Assembly (NCBI GenBank): GCA_951406725.2
Contig: OX597824.1
Location: 86,676,001-86,740,000, forward strand
Direction: 5' to 3'
Length of the DNA: 64,000 nt
Origin: Octopus vulgaris
Taxonomy: Eukaryota
A model generated the notes under the pieces. That model ran no database searches and had not been told where the DNA came from. It saw only the letters and a program-made list of their open reading frames with translations. This document shows positions 37,111-50,654 of this stretch, piece by piece (within the stretch, counting starts at the first letter, position 1; each line of letters opens with the position of its first letter). A program made the position numbers and the translations under genes.

Positions 37111-37318
37111 GTAAGTGGCTTTTGTTTTTGCCTTCATTTCTTTTCTGTTACTGGACACTTTCCGAAACCTTTTTTAATTTAAGAATCAGCAGAAGACATA
37201 AGAGGAGACCTCAATGTGGTCACTCTATATGCTAGAAATAATAGCCTAAATTTCCTTCAATCCACACCCTTCCAATTGCTTCTAATGTGCATCTGCCCGA
37301 ATGTAGAGGTGTGTTTAA

Positions 37319-37532
37319 CCCTTTTGTTACCAACCTGGCTGAAACTGGCTCTGAGTACAAATGTCTTGTTTTCATAAGTTCTGAATTAAAATCTTCCACC
37401 AAACCTTAGTCACAATTTATGTTCCTAACTCTAGCTTAATGATAACTAAGTTATTTTACTAAATTCTTTGTTATATTTAAAATAATTGAAAGAAACACAA
37501 AGCATCTCAAAATAAATACAGTAACGAAAGGG
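37319..37532. mobile_element. piggyBac-type MITE
   Basis: TTAA|CCCTTTTGTTAC ... GTAACGAAAGGG|TTAA. Confidence 0.75.
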
Positions 37533-37577
37533 TTAAGAAGGAAGTAAAACTAACCTTAAACCTTTTGACTTCTAGAT

Positions 37578-37824
37578 CAGTGTTCCGCAACCATTTTTGG
37601 CTTGTGGGCCCCTTTGGTTCCTATTTTACTAGGGTGGACCCTCATGCCCATCCAATGTTTCAAAAATCTTATTTATAATTTTAGAATTAAATATTTTTAG
37701 AGATTGCTTAAAAAATTAATAAAATGTTTTGTTTATTATAGAAATATAACCAATTTATTGCTCATAAATTTTAATAAAATCTTACAAGGACCCCCAAGGG
37801 CCTTGTGGACTTTGAGAACCACTG
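37578..37824. mobile_element. hAT (Charlie-like) MITE
   Basis: CAGTG..CAA / TTGAGAACCACTG ends; TTCTAGAT on both flanks (right copy offset by 6 bp). Confidence 0.65.
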
Positions 37825-38403
37825 TTCTTGTTCTAGATTATAGACTTAGAATTATCAAATGAATTTAAAACAGTTGTTTTCTAAATTATTGCTAATTAGT
37901 TAGCAAATGAGAAACATTAATTGCTGGTAATTGTAAGACAATTTTTTTCCTTTCTTTTTTAATTTTTAAGAAAAATATCTCAAAATATCACCACAGGTCC
38001 TATATGTAAAGTTGGGTCTCCTATAAACAGATTTTGTCCTTCCTACTCATTGCTATAGGCTAATTTTTATCCAGATGATTTCTTCTGATGCCATAATTTA
38101 CTTTTTATATGTCTTCTGTTATGGCAAAGGTACATTGGTATGTTTTGTAATTGTACTGCTGAATTGCTTTGACCTTTTATCATTTAAACTGGCCGTATCC
38201 AGCCAAGATATTCTGCCTGTTTTAGGTTTAAAGTGGCCAGAGCCTGCCTCTTATACCTTACCCTACAATGTCATTCTAAAAATAAAGAATCACATTATCA
38301 AAATCTCAAAGTTACAAGATGATACACAAATAATTCTAAATGATTTACATAAATAAGCATTACATTTGAGACAGGAATCTGAATGCTAAAGGGTTAAATA
38401 CTA

Positions 38404-38621
38404 CAAGTGGGGTGTTGGAAAGTTCCTGGCTTTAGGTAAAAGAAAATACAGGAGGATCATTTAATTATGATTCTGTTCAACATATTCCCCTCTCAGATTC
38501 ACATACTTATTGCAGTGGTCCTTCAGTTTTTCTAAGCCCTGTAAAAGAATTCTGAAGATTGGACCTCCAACCAGGCCTTTTGTGAAACCCTTAAAGCCAG
38601 GAATTTTTCAGCATCCCCTTG
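38404..38621. mobile_element. Mariner-type MITE
   Basis: Imperfect TIRs (CAAGTGGGGTGTTGGAAAGTTCCTGGCTTT / AAAGCCAGGAATTTTTCAGCATCCCCTTG) flanked by TA. Confidence 0.65.
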
Positions 38622-39172
38622 TACAATGATAAATATATATATATACAAATAACATGAGTTCATGGCTGTTTTCTGCACCAGCTTCACATAGCAGCCCCAG
38701 CCCATCCAAAGTACCTTGGATCACAGGACGGCCTGCTGTGCTTACCTTGGATCGTAGGGTGACCTGCTGTGCTTGAGGAGACCTATTGAGTCAAGTACAT
38801 CAACATCAAAATAAAAATCAAATGGAAATTCTAGTTGTGATACCTGTGACGGTGGCACGTAAAAAGCACCATCCGAATGTGGCCGATGCCAGCGCCGCCT
38901 TGGCTGGCTTCCATGCCGGTGGCACATAAAAAGCACCAACCGATCATGTCTGTTCCAGCCTCCCCTGGCACGTAAAAGGCACCCACTACACTCACGGAGT
39001 GGTTGACGTTAGTAAGGGCATCCAGCTGTAGAAACTCAGCCTTCTGGCTCCCTAGACCTCAGTCGAACCGTCCAACCCATGCTAGCATGGAAAACGGACG
39101 TTAAATGATGACGATGATGATGATATATATGATCGTATGTGTGTGTAAAACTGTAATCTCTCTCTTTTACAG

Positions 39173-39290
39173 ATACAATGTTGATGAAATCTCGCCACAA
39201 ACTCCACTCTTCGAAGAAGAATATTGCTATGAAATACTCAGTAAAATTATGCCAGAAAAAAAACCTTCAGCGGTTGAGAAAGCTACTTAA
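39173..39290 (+). CDS. NAA40: NAA40 coding exon 9 (terminal)
   Basis: TTTTACAG acceptor; YNVDEISPQ...CYEILSKIMPEKKPSAVEKAT-stop. Total CDS 693 nt = 230 aa. Confidence 0.92.
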
Positions 39291-39984
39291 CATTTTATAA
39301 ATTTGTATATATAGAACATAAATATACATAAACAATGATTATTCAGAATTTTGTGGGTTTTTTTTTTTTAATTAAAACGGAAGTCATTTGACTAATCTCT
39401 ATATATATATAAAGTTGAAGTTGTCTGTGTATGGCAGGTTTGGTAGCCTTCAACTAACACTATCTCCTCCGAGACCCTGCGGCGCAAGTTGACCAAAATT
39501 GAGAGTATGATTGAAGAAGGCTTGCTCTTCATTCTGTAGGAGAAAAAAAATTCAAATCGGACCATGTTAACACCAAAAATTATTTACATCAAAAAGGTGC
39601 TTTTTTTCTATGAAAATCCCTATTTTTTACGATTTTTTGACTGCTGTGTCGCCATTTTTCGGTGTATTTCAACCAGAAAAATATTCACTTAAAGAGAATA
39701 ACAAGCTACATAATGCAAAATTTTTACTTTTCAAAAGTTCCAATTCTAAAGGGTCGAAACAAACCTGAGCAACTCCGGGCTATACTGCTAGTGTTAGCTA
39801 AATTCGACTTAATGTATTAATTTATTATTTTTTTTGTATCACAGTGAGACATAGGCTGTGATTACTGAGGATATGCAAAAGCTTGAAAGAAATGAAGCTA
39901 GCATGCCCTACTGGCTGGGTAATATGTCAGTGTGTATGTATGACAGAGTGTAAGTGATTTAGGAGTGAAACTTGCTGTTATGGC

Positions 39985-40670
39985 ATAAAAGCGAACCGTT
40001 TTTGCATCGTATTATTATGTGTGATGAAAAATGGATACACGGTAGTTGGATAGAGACAAAGGGCCAAAACGCAATCCAAAAGAGAATATTCTCTAAAAAA
40101 AGCTGATGGTGTCTGTTTGGTGGTCCAGCGCTGGTGTCATCCACTACAGCTTCATGAGACCTGGTAAGTCAATTACAGCGGATGTATACATCAACCAATT
40201 GGATGAAATGATGAATGAACTTGCTAAAACTACGTGCCTTCACTAGTCAGTTAAGATGAGACAGTGTCACGTGACAACTTGCTGGAGCCTAGCGGCAGGT
40301 ATTTAATGGGAAAAATTTGACAAGTCAGTCAGTCACCAGCTGACACTCGCTGACGATACATCGAAGAGGCCAGGGAACAGAAGAAAGAAGACATGCACCC
40401 AACACCAGAGCTGAAGACACCTCCGAAAGGCGGGGCCCCGCCACGTCAAAACAGTAGAGGAGTAGGGGCCAAAATCAGACGTGGTTCCTCCTGATGATGT
40501 CTTGAGCAAACTGGATCCTATAAAGGAGCTGTTGTGGTAGCAGAAACACGGTTGTAATTCCTCCATCAACCAATTGGATGAAATGATTAATGAACTTGCA
40601 ATTAAACAACTGAGATTGGTCAATAGAGAGAGGCCAATTCTCTTGCAAGACAATGCTTGACCGCATGTTT
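39985..40670 (+). mobile_element. Decayed mariner transposase fragment split by an insertion
   Basis: RIIMCDEKWI...KKLMVSVWWSSAGVIHY...LLQDNA motifs. Confidence 0.72.
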
Positions 40671-42583
40671 AAGAGGCATCAATTGTGTACAAAAGAGAAG
40701 ACTGTGCTGGTATGGACATATGATGCATATGGATGAGGACAGCTGAATGTAGAAGTGGAGGGAACCTGTTGTAGGGATCGACAAATGAAGACATGGGATG
40801 AAATGGTGAGAAAGGGTCATCAGAAGTTAGGCCTCACTGAGGAGTTGACAAGGGTCTGGGACTTCTGCCGATTTGCTGTGCTTGTCAGGCTAAGTAAATC
40901 TGGCCATCCATCCATCCACACTTCTAAGGTATTTCCTTTATGGCAGTGCTTTTCAAACTTTTTGCTGGAGCGGAACCCCAAGGAAACATTCCACTGGCTC
41001 AAGGAACCCCTGTGCAATAATTTAATAGTCTTATGTGTCACATAAGAAACTCTCCAATCCAGTGTTGCAAGAAGAGCACCTGTGCTTGTGTGTTACGTAA
41101 AAAGCACCCAGTACACTCCATAAAGTGGTTGACATTAGGAAAGGCATCCAGCCATAGATACCATGTCGAAACAGACAATTGGAGCCTGGTGCAGCTTGCC
41201 AGCTCCTGTCAAACTGTCCAACCCATGCCAGCATGGAAAACAGACATTAAATGCTGATGATGGTAACAATTAACTAAGTATTGTTCGTGACAGATTTCCA
41301 CTGAACTGGCAACGGTGCTCATTAACAGCTATTATATGATGCCTAGGCAAGGGTACACAGAAGCAGACACAAACGAGGGGCCCCTTGTAGTTTCTGTCTA
41401 TGAAATCTATTCAAGGTTTTGCTTGGCCAGGGGCTACAGTAGATGACACTTACTCAAAGTGCTATGCAATGGAACTCAACTTGAAACCAAGTGGTTGGGA
41501 AGCAAGCTTCTTAAACCACACAACCATGCTGATTTATTAAAAAAAATTCAGATAAATTCTTTTATCTGCAGAGAATGTGTGCCAGTGGCACGTAAAAAGC
41601 ACCATTTGAGCATGATCGTTACCAGCGTCGCCTTACTGACACTTGTGCCGGTGGCATATGAAAAAGCATTCGAGCAAGGTCGTTGCCAGTGCCGCTGGAC
41701 TGGCTCCTGTGCAGGAAGGGCATCCAGCTGTAGAAACCCTGCCAGATGAGATTGGAGCCAGGTGCAGCCATCTGGTTTGCTAGTCCTCAGTCAAATCATC
41801 CAACCCATGCTAGCATGGAAAGCAGACGTTAAACGATGATGATGATGATGATGAACTGACGAGACAGGAGCAATGTGAAATGAAGTGTTTTGCTCAAGAA
41901 CACAACATGTCGCCCAGTCTAGGAATCAAAGCCACAATCTTGTGATCCTGAACCCAACATCCCACACCACCAAGCCATGCACTCCCCGCAATTGGTTATG
42001 ATACCTCAATTTTAAAATATGGTGTGTGTGTGTATCCTATTTGGTGATTGCAGTTCTCTCATTTCAGTTTTGAAAATATAAAACATGTTTTTGTATCTGG
42101 TTTGCAAGATGCTTTATGTGAATTCATGTGTTGAAACAAATTTTGTTGTGTCTAGGGTGAGTCATTATGCCAATATCATTAACAGGCACAGGAGTGGCTG
42201 TGTGGTAAGTAGTTTGCTTCCCAACCCCATGGTTCCGGGTTCAGTCCCACTGCGTGGCACCAAGGGCAAGTGTCTTCTACTATAGCCTCAGGCTGACCAA
42301 AGCCTTGTGAGAGGATTTGGTGGGCAGAAACTGAAAGAAGCCCGTCGTATATATATATATATATGTATATGTGTGTATATGTTTGTGTATCTGTGTTTGT
42401 CCTCCCAACATCTCTTGACAACCAATGCTGGTGTGTTTACGTCCCCATAACTTAGTGGTTTGGCAAAAGAGACCGATAGAATAAGTACTAGGCTTACAAA
42501 GAATAAGTCCTGTGGTCAATGTGCTCGACTAAAAGCGGTGCTCCAGCATGGCCACAGCCAGATGGCTGAAACAAGTAAAAGTG

Positions 42584-42716
42584 TAACACACACACTGATT
42601 CATTTGCACTCTTTTATCCTTAGTTAAATGGTTAAATATCCAACTAAATTAGTTAGTTGGATATTTAACCATTTAACTAATGATAAAAGAGTGCAAATGA
42701 ATCAGTGTGTGTGTTA
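42584..42716. repeat. Near-perfect palindrome (64-bp arms, 5-nt loop)
   Basis: One mismatch between the arms. Confidence 0.9.
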
Positions 42717-43379
42717 ATAATGTTGGCATAATGACACATCCTAGACACAATAAAACATGCCTGTGTAGTTATAATCAACTCTGTCATCACCATCATCATC
42801 ACCGTTGCCATTATTATTGTAAACAAATTGAACACGTTTTCAGATAAGGTTCGTAGTGGAGATAGCTGAGGTAATTAGAATAATAGTGGTGGTTGTGGTT
42901 CCGGTTGTAGTATTGGTAATTATAAGCAATGCTGATATTTATGGTTTGTAATCAGGACTTCACGTTCCACCCCCACCCCCCATCCCCAACCCTTAAAATG
43001 CGTGTGCGTTGTGTTTGGAACTCCCGCCACTAAACAAAAAAAATGTTGACGAATACTTTTCTTTGATTCTTTTAATTGTTCTAGTCGTTTGACTGCGGCC
43101 ATGCTGGAGCACCGCCTTGAAGAGTTTCAGTCAAACAAATTGACCCCAGGACTTATTTTTAAAGCCCAGTACTCATTCTATTGGTTTCTTTTGCCTAACT
43201 CCTAAGTTACAGGGACATAAACACACCAACACCAATTGTCAAGTGATGATGGCGGGACAAACAAAGACACATACATAGATATATACATAAACACACACAT
43301 ATATATACCAATTATATACTTTTTATTTATTATTTTATACTTTACTTAATTATTGGTATATGTTTTTAATGTATATCTA

Positions 43380-43935
43380 ATTGTTTTCTGTATGGTATAA
43401 CAGGTGTTAGACAGGTGGAGTTTGAAAAGGTTCTCAGAGTTATTGTTTGTACGATGGTTAATAATTTTATGGGTGTCTGCCAAGTCAGCTGCCAGACGTC
43501 GGAGTTTCAATGTATCCATGCCCAGGGAAGTAAGGCGTTCAGAATATGGCAAATGCCTGATGGAGGTTATTCTCTTGGTTGCTCATCGCTGAATGGTTTC
43601 CAGACGATTGATATCCTGGGCAAGATAGGGGTTCCAGACCGTTGATGCAAATTCCAGGTGAGGCCACACCATAGCTATATAAAGCCTCAGATAGATAGCC
43701 GGAGAGCGGCTCACAAAGGACTTGGTAAGTGATGGTTAATAATTTTATGGGTGTCTGCCAAGTCAGCTGCCAGACGTCGGAGTTTCAATGTATCTATGCA
43801 TAGGGAAGTAAGGTGTTCAGAATATGGCAAATGCCTGATGGAGGGTATTCTCTTGGTTGCCCGTCGCTGAACAGTTTCCAAATGATTAATGTCCTGGGCA
43901 AGATAGGGGTTCCAAACCGGTGATGCAAATTTATA
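43380..43935 (-). mobile_element. CR1-like LINE 3' fragment with internal duplication
   Basis: PYSERLTSLGMDTLKLRRLAADL..HKII; a segment of about 200 bp is repeated (43454-43650 and 43732-43930). Confidence 0.8.
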
Positions 43936-46134
43936 CAGTTTTACATGCTCTGAGATCCAGCATTAAAAAAAAAATTAATTATAATCGAAATCGATCAACA
44001 TCAATGGGATTTGTAGTTTGTGGCACATAAGAGAACCATTCGAATGTGGCTGTAGCCAGCACCGCATCGACTGGCCTCCATGCTGGTGGCACGTAACAAA
44101 CACCATCCGATCGTAGCCATGCCAGTCTCACCTGGCCTCCGTGTTGGTGGCACATAAAAAGCACTATCCGAGCGTGGCCGTTCGCCAGCCTCATCTGGCA
44201 CCTGTGTCGGTGGCACATAAAAAGCACCCACTACACTCATGGAGTGGTTGGCGTTAGGAAGGGCATCCAGCTGTAGAAACACCGCCAGGTCAGACTGGGC
44301 CTGGTGCAGCCTTCTGGCTTCCCAGATCCCAGATGAACCGTCCAACCCATGCTAGCATGGAAAGCGGATGTTAAACGATGATGATGATGATATTTAAAAG
44401 ATAAGAGTTTTTGCTTGAAGCTTTATCTCAAATGGCGTGCCGTAAAAAAAAAGATAAATAAATAAAACTGATAATGAAAAAATGTAAAATTTAATCAAAT
44501 AACCTTCACTGATCTGTAGTAAGCTTGTAGTATTTTTAAGCATTATCCTATTTACAAAACAAAATGCCATGTGAGTAGGAAACAATTGGTACAAGTTTCT
44601 CAAGCGTATAGAAGAAGAAGAAGCACTCCGTCGGTTCCGACGACGAGGGTTCCGGTTGATCCGAATCAACGGAACAGCCTGCTCGTGAAATTAACATGTA
44701 AGTGGCTGAGCACTCCACAGACAACGTGTACCCTTAACGTAGTTCTCGGGGATATTCAGCGTGACACAGAGAGTGACAAGGCCGGCCCCTTGAAATACAA
44801 GGTACAACAGAAACAGGAAGTAAGAGTGAGAGAAAGTTGTGGTGAAAGAGTACAGCAGGGATCACCACCATCCCCTGCCGGAGCCTCGTGGAGCTTTTAG
44901 GTGTTTTCGCTCAATAAACACTCACAACGCCCAGCCTGGGAATCGAAACCGCGAGTCCGCTGCCCTAACCACTGGGCCATTGCGCCTCCACTCTCAAGCG
45001 TATAAATGCATTGAAAATAAGTACTAATTAAATTTACTTGAATAATTAATTTTCATGATTAAATTAGAGTTTCTTTGTGAAGTGTAGGGTTGGTGGGTAT
45101 ATGAAAATAGAAAAAAATTACTAATTTAAAATAACTCCAAGATTTTGTATGAAAAGAAATTATCTCATTCGTCAAAAACTGTTACAATTACTCTCTTAGT
45201 TGTTTCAGTCATTTGACTGTGGCCGTGCTGGAGCACCGCCTTTAGTCGAGCAAATCGACCCCAGGACTTATTCTTTGTAAGCATGGTACTTATTCTATCG
45301 GTCTCTTTTGCCAAACTGCTAAGTTACGGGGACGTAAACAAACAATTACTCTTTTACTTGTTTCAGTCATTTGACTGTGGCCATGCTGGAGCACCACCTT
45401 TAGTTGAGCAAATCGACCCCGGGACTTATTCTTTGTAAGCCTAGTACTTATTCTATCGGTCTCTTTTGCCAAACCGCTAAGTTACGGGGATGTAAACAAA
45501 CAATTACTCTTTCACTGGTTTCAGTCATTTGACTGTGGCCATGCTGGAGCACCACCTTTAGTTGAGCAAATCGACCCCGGGACTTATTCTTTGTAAGCCT
45601 AGTACTTATTCTATCGGTCTCTTTTGCCGAACCACTAAGTTACAGGGACATAAACAAATCAGTATTGGTTGTCAAGTGATGTTGATGGGACTAACATATG
45701 CATATGTATACATATATACGAAAGGCTTCTTTCAGTTTCCGTCTACCAAATCCACTCACAAGGCTTTGGTTGGCCTGAGTCTATTGTAGAAGACACTTGC
45801 CCAAGGTGCCACGCAGTGGGACTGAACCCAGAACCATGTGGTTGGTAAGCAAGCTACTTACAACACAGCCACTCCTGCACCTATGATGTAATCTTCTTGC
45901 TCACTCCATCGAAATTTCTGGTCTTGTGCCAAAATTCGAAACTGATATTATTTCCTGATTTAATGTTCTTGAAAGAAGGAGTATGTAGCTGCAAAAATCT
46001 ATAAACAAATATTTGGAACTTTTTTGTACAACAGACTCTCTCTTTAATGTAGCTCTCTAAGAAAACACTTTCCCCAAAATTCTATGCAGTGGGACTGAAC
46101 CTGAGACCATGTGGTTGCAAAGTGAGCTGCTTAA

Positions 46135-46354
46135 CCCTTTAATGTTTAAACTGGCCATATCCGGCTCAAATATTCCAATTGTTTTATGTTCAAACTGGCA
46201 AGATTCAGCCTCTTACACCTATCCTACAATGTCATTCTAAAGCTAAACAAACACACCATCGAAATCTCAAAGCTACAACATAATGCATGATTAATTCAAA
46301 ACAATATGAATAAATAAGCATTACATTTAACAGAGTAATCTGAACACTAAAGGG
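46135..46354. mobile_element. piggyBac-type MITE inserted in a SINE A head
   Basis: TTAA|CCCTTTA...TAAAGGG|TTAA; relatives near 38170-38397 and 59443-59666. Confidence 0.75.
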
Positions 46355-46609
46355 TTAACCACAAAGCCATGCCTCTCTCCAGCAAATACCAACAACGTGT
46401 TACATCATAAATTTTTTTGTCCAATCAATTTCTGTAACATAAATTAAAAAAACAAATGAACTAATTTCAATCAGATAATTTATCAACAGTACGAGAAACC
46501 CAAACTTGGGGATTTTTTATTTTCCCCCCATTTCAGTTTCCAAAAAATAAATAATATAAATTTTTTATTATTATTATCAACATTATCAGTATCATTATCA
46601 TGATTATTA

Positions 46610-46646
<37 letters not shown>

Positions 46647-47606
46647 CATCATCATCATTTTTATTGTAAATAAATAGAAACAGACACGTTTTTTTTGATA
46701 AGGTTTGTACTGATCTGAGTTCTGGTGGTGATAATGTTGGTGAAGGTTTTGTTGTGGTTCTGATAATGAAGGTTACCGCCATGTTGACAGTGAATAATGG
46801 TTATGTTGATTTTTAAAAAATTTTAATATTTTTTTAATAACGAGCATGCCATCAGTTATGATGTGAAGTGTTCCAATTGATCCGATCAACAGAAAAGCCT
46901 GCATGTGAAATTAACATGCAACTGGCTGAGTATTCCACAGATGTGCATACCCTTAATGTAGTTCTCAGGGAGATTCAGCATGACACAGATTGTTATGAGG
47001 CTGGCCCTTTGAATTACAGGTACTCTTCATTTTTGCCAGCTGAGTGGACAGGAGCAATGTGAAATAAAGAGTCTTGCTCATGAACACAGTGCACCACTGG
47101 ATAATGTTTAAATGTATAGTATATAATCAGAATTCGGTTCACAATCATATGGTTGTGAGTTCGATTCCCAGTGGCATGTCGTGTCCTTGAGCAAGACACT
47201 TTACTTCACCTTGCTCCAGTCCACTCAGCTGGCAAAAATGAGTAGTACCTGTATTTGAAATGGCCAACCTTGTCACATTCTGTGTCACGCTGAATCTCCC
47301 TGAGAACTACATTAAGGGTACACGTGTCTGTAGATTGCTCGGTCACTTCTCGTTAATTTCACGAGCAGGCTGTTCCGTTGAGCGGATCAACTGGGACCCT
47401 CGTTGTCGTAACTGATGGAGAGCTCCTATATGATCAGAATTACCCACCCCCGCAAAAAAATGGTTTGTGCATGTGAGTATACATATGCACTTGGTTATTT
47501 TCTCCTCTAGAAGCATCAGTGAATAGTTAATTTATTAAGTAATTCTAGGGTGACGTTGGAGTGGCCGTGTGGTAAGTAACTTGCTTAACAACCACATGGT
47601 TCTGAT

Positions 47607-48681
47607 TTCATGGTTGACTTTGCCTCTCATGGTTGACTTTGCCTTTCATGGTTGACTTTGCCTTTCATGGTTGACTTTGCCTTTCAAGGTTGACTTTACC
47701 TTTCATGGTTGACTTTGCCTTGCCTTTCATGGTTGACTTTACCTTTCATGGTTGACTTTGCCTTTCAAGGTTGACTTTGCCTTTCATGGTTGACTTTGCC
47801 TTTCAGGGTTGACTTTGCCTCTCATGGTTGACTTTGCTTTTAGGGTTGACTTTGCCTTTCATGGTTGACTTTGCCTTTCATAGTTGACTTTGCCTTTCAA
47901 GGTTGACTTTACCTTTCATGGTTGACTTTGCCTTGCCTTTCATGGTTGACTTTACCTTTCATGGTTGACTTTGCCTTTCAAGGTTGACTTTGCCTTTCAT
48001 GGTTGACTTTGCCTTTTCTGGTTGACTTTGCCTTTTCTGGTTGACTTTGCCTTTCAGGGTTGACTTTGCCTTTCAAGGTTGACTTTACCTTTCATGGTTG
48101 ACTTTGCCTTTCAAGGTTGACTTTGCCTTTCATGGTTGACTTTGCCTCTCATGGTTGACTTTGCCTTTCAAGGTTGACTTTACCTTTCATGGTTGACTTT
48201 GCCTTTCAGGGTTGACTTTGCCTTTCATGGTTGACTTTACCTTTCATGGTTGACTTTGCCTTTCAAGGTTGACTTTGCCTTTCATGGTTGACTTTGCCTC
48301 TCAGGGTTGACTTTGCCTCTCATGGTTGACTTTGCTTTTAGGGTTGACTTTGCCTTTCATGGTTGACTTTGCCTTTCATGGTTGACTTTACCTTTCATGG
48401 TTGACTTTGCCTTTCAAGGTTGACTTTGCCTTTCATGGTTGACTTTGCCTTTTATGGTTGACTTTGCCTTTTCTGGTTGACTTTGCCTTTCAGGGTTGAC
48501 TTTGCCTTTTCTGGTTGACTTTGCCTTTTCTGGTTGACTTTGCCTTTCATGGTTGACTTTGCCTTTTATGGTTGACTTTGCCTTTTCTGGTTGACTTTGC
48601 CTTTCAGGGTTGACTTTGCCTCTCATGGTTGACTTTACCTCTCGTGGCCGACTTTGCCTCTCATGGTTGACTTTGCCTTTA
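47607..48681. repeat. About 20-bp minisatellite (GGTTGACTTTGCCTTTCAT-like, about 53 units)
   Basis: Visible tandem array; the unit matches the GGTCGACTTTGCCTTTCAT segment of SINE family B. Confidence 0.96.
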
Positions 48682-49375
48682 GGAGTCAATAAAATAAGCT
48701 ACGGTCAAGCAGTGGTGGGGTCAATGTATTCATTTTCCCCCTTTCCTTAAATCTCTGACTGTAACAAAATTGGAAGGGATTATTTTCCTCTTCCGTTGCT
48801 TGGGGATTGGAACCAAAGAAAGGCTCAGTGACACACCTAAAACAATATGCAATAGAATTAATGAAAAATAAACTCAAGGCTCTTCCTCTGCTGTTCTAAT
48901 CCCCTCAAGTGCATTTCTTTGGCTAGACATAAAAATGTTTGATGATCAAAATATAAGACCGATCACTTGAAATGATAAAGCTTATCTCTTGTTGCGTGTC
49001 ACATATGAAAAAAAAAAAATAAATAAACATAATGGAAAAAATAATTAGTAAACGGGAAAACGAGACTAACCAAAACCTTTTTTTAGCCAGCATTGCTTTG
49101 ATAATTCGTAGTAAGCATGGAGTATATTTTTAAGCATTATCCTCTTAGGGAACAAAATGCCATGTGACCAGAAAACATTTGGTAATTCCTCAAACATGAC
49201 ATTAATAAATAAATACGATTTTCCTCTGTATAAATGATGCAAGGACATATTAGATGAACCCCAATTTCTTCAATGTACACACACACACACACATCCTGTT
49301 CATGCTATATTATTAGCATAATCCTGCAGTTGAGAATAAAATCATTTCCCTTTCTGTATCTTTCAATACATATAA

Positions 49376-49429
<54 letters not shown>

Positions 49430-50654
49430 TCATCATCATCGTTTAACGTCTGTTTTCCATGCTAGCATGGGTTGGACAGTTTGACCGGTGTCTGGGAAGC
49501 CAGGAGGCTGCACCAGGTTCCAGTCTGATCTGGCAGTGTTTCTACAGCTGGATGCCTTTCCTAACGCCAACCACTCTGTGAGTGTAGTGGGTGCTTTTTA
49601 TGTGCCACCGGCACAGGTGCCAGGGGAGACTGGCAATGGTCACGATTGGTTGGTGGTTTTTACGTGCCACCAGCACAGGTGCCAGGGGAGACTGGCAACA
49701 GCCACAATCGGTTGGTGCCTTTTACGTACCATGGGAACGGAAGCCAGTCAAGGCGGCGCTGGCATCAGCCACTTATAGATGGTGCATTTTACGTGCCACC
49801 GGCACAGGTATCACAACTACAATTTCCATTTGATCTTTTATGTATGTATGTATATATGTATGTACATATGTATGTGTATACATACACACACAGCTCTACT
49901 GGCACTTAAGTTTGTCAACACTGGTAGGTCTTCAATATCACCACCACTGCCACTCCCAACACTGCTGCCACCACTGACATCACCACTACCAATACTATTA
50001 CGACCACCTCAATACAAATCTTATCTGGAAACGTGTCCGGTTCAGTTTGATCACAATAATATAAATATTATTAATTACTAATATTTTTAGTGCAATAATA
50101 ATAATAATAATAATAATAACGATGATGAAAAATGCATTTATAAACAGCTTATTTGTATTAATATATTTTTAAAATAGAAGTCCATCTTATACATGTCTGT
50201 ATGTAAGTATATATATATATAGGCGCAAGAGTGACAGTGTGGTAAGTAGCTTGTTTACCAACCACATGTTTCTGGGTTCAGTCCCACTGCGTGGCACCTT
50301 GGGCAAGTGTCTTCTACTATAGCCTCGGGCCGACCAAACCCTTGTGAGTGGATTTGGTAGACGGAAACTGAAAGAAGCCCGTCGTATATATGTGTATATA
50401 TATATGCATGTATGTGTTTGTGTGTCTGTGTTTGTCCCCCTAGCATTACTTGACAACTGATGCTGGTGTGTTTATGTCCCCGTTACTTAGCGGTTCGGCA
50501 AAAGAGACAGATAGAATAAGTCCCGGGGTCGAGTTGCTCGATTAAAGGCGGTGCTCCAGCATGGCCACAGTCAAATGACTGAAACAAGTAAAAGAGTATA
50601 TATATATATATGTATGTATACAAGAGTTATGGAATGGAGTAGGAAAAATCTGGG

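Noticed and set aside
48414-48689. 91-aa KGKVNHERQSQP repeat ORF
   Set aside because: Translation of the 20-bp minisatellite.
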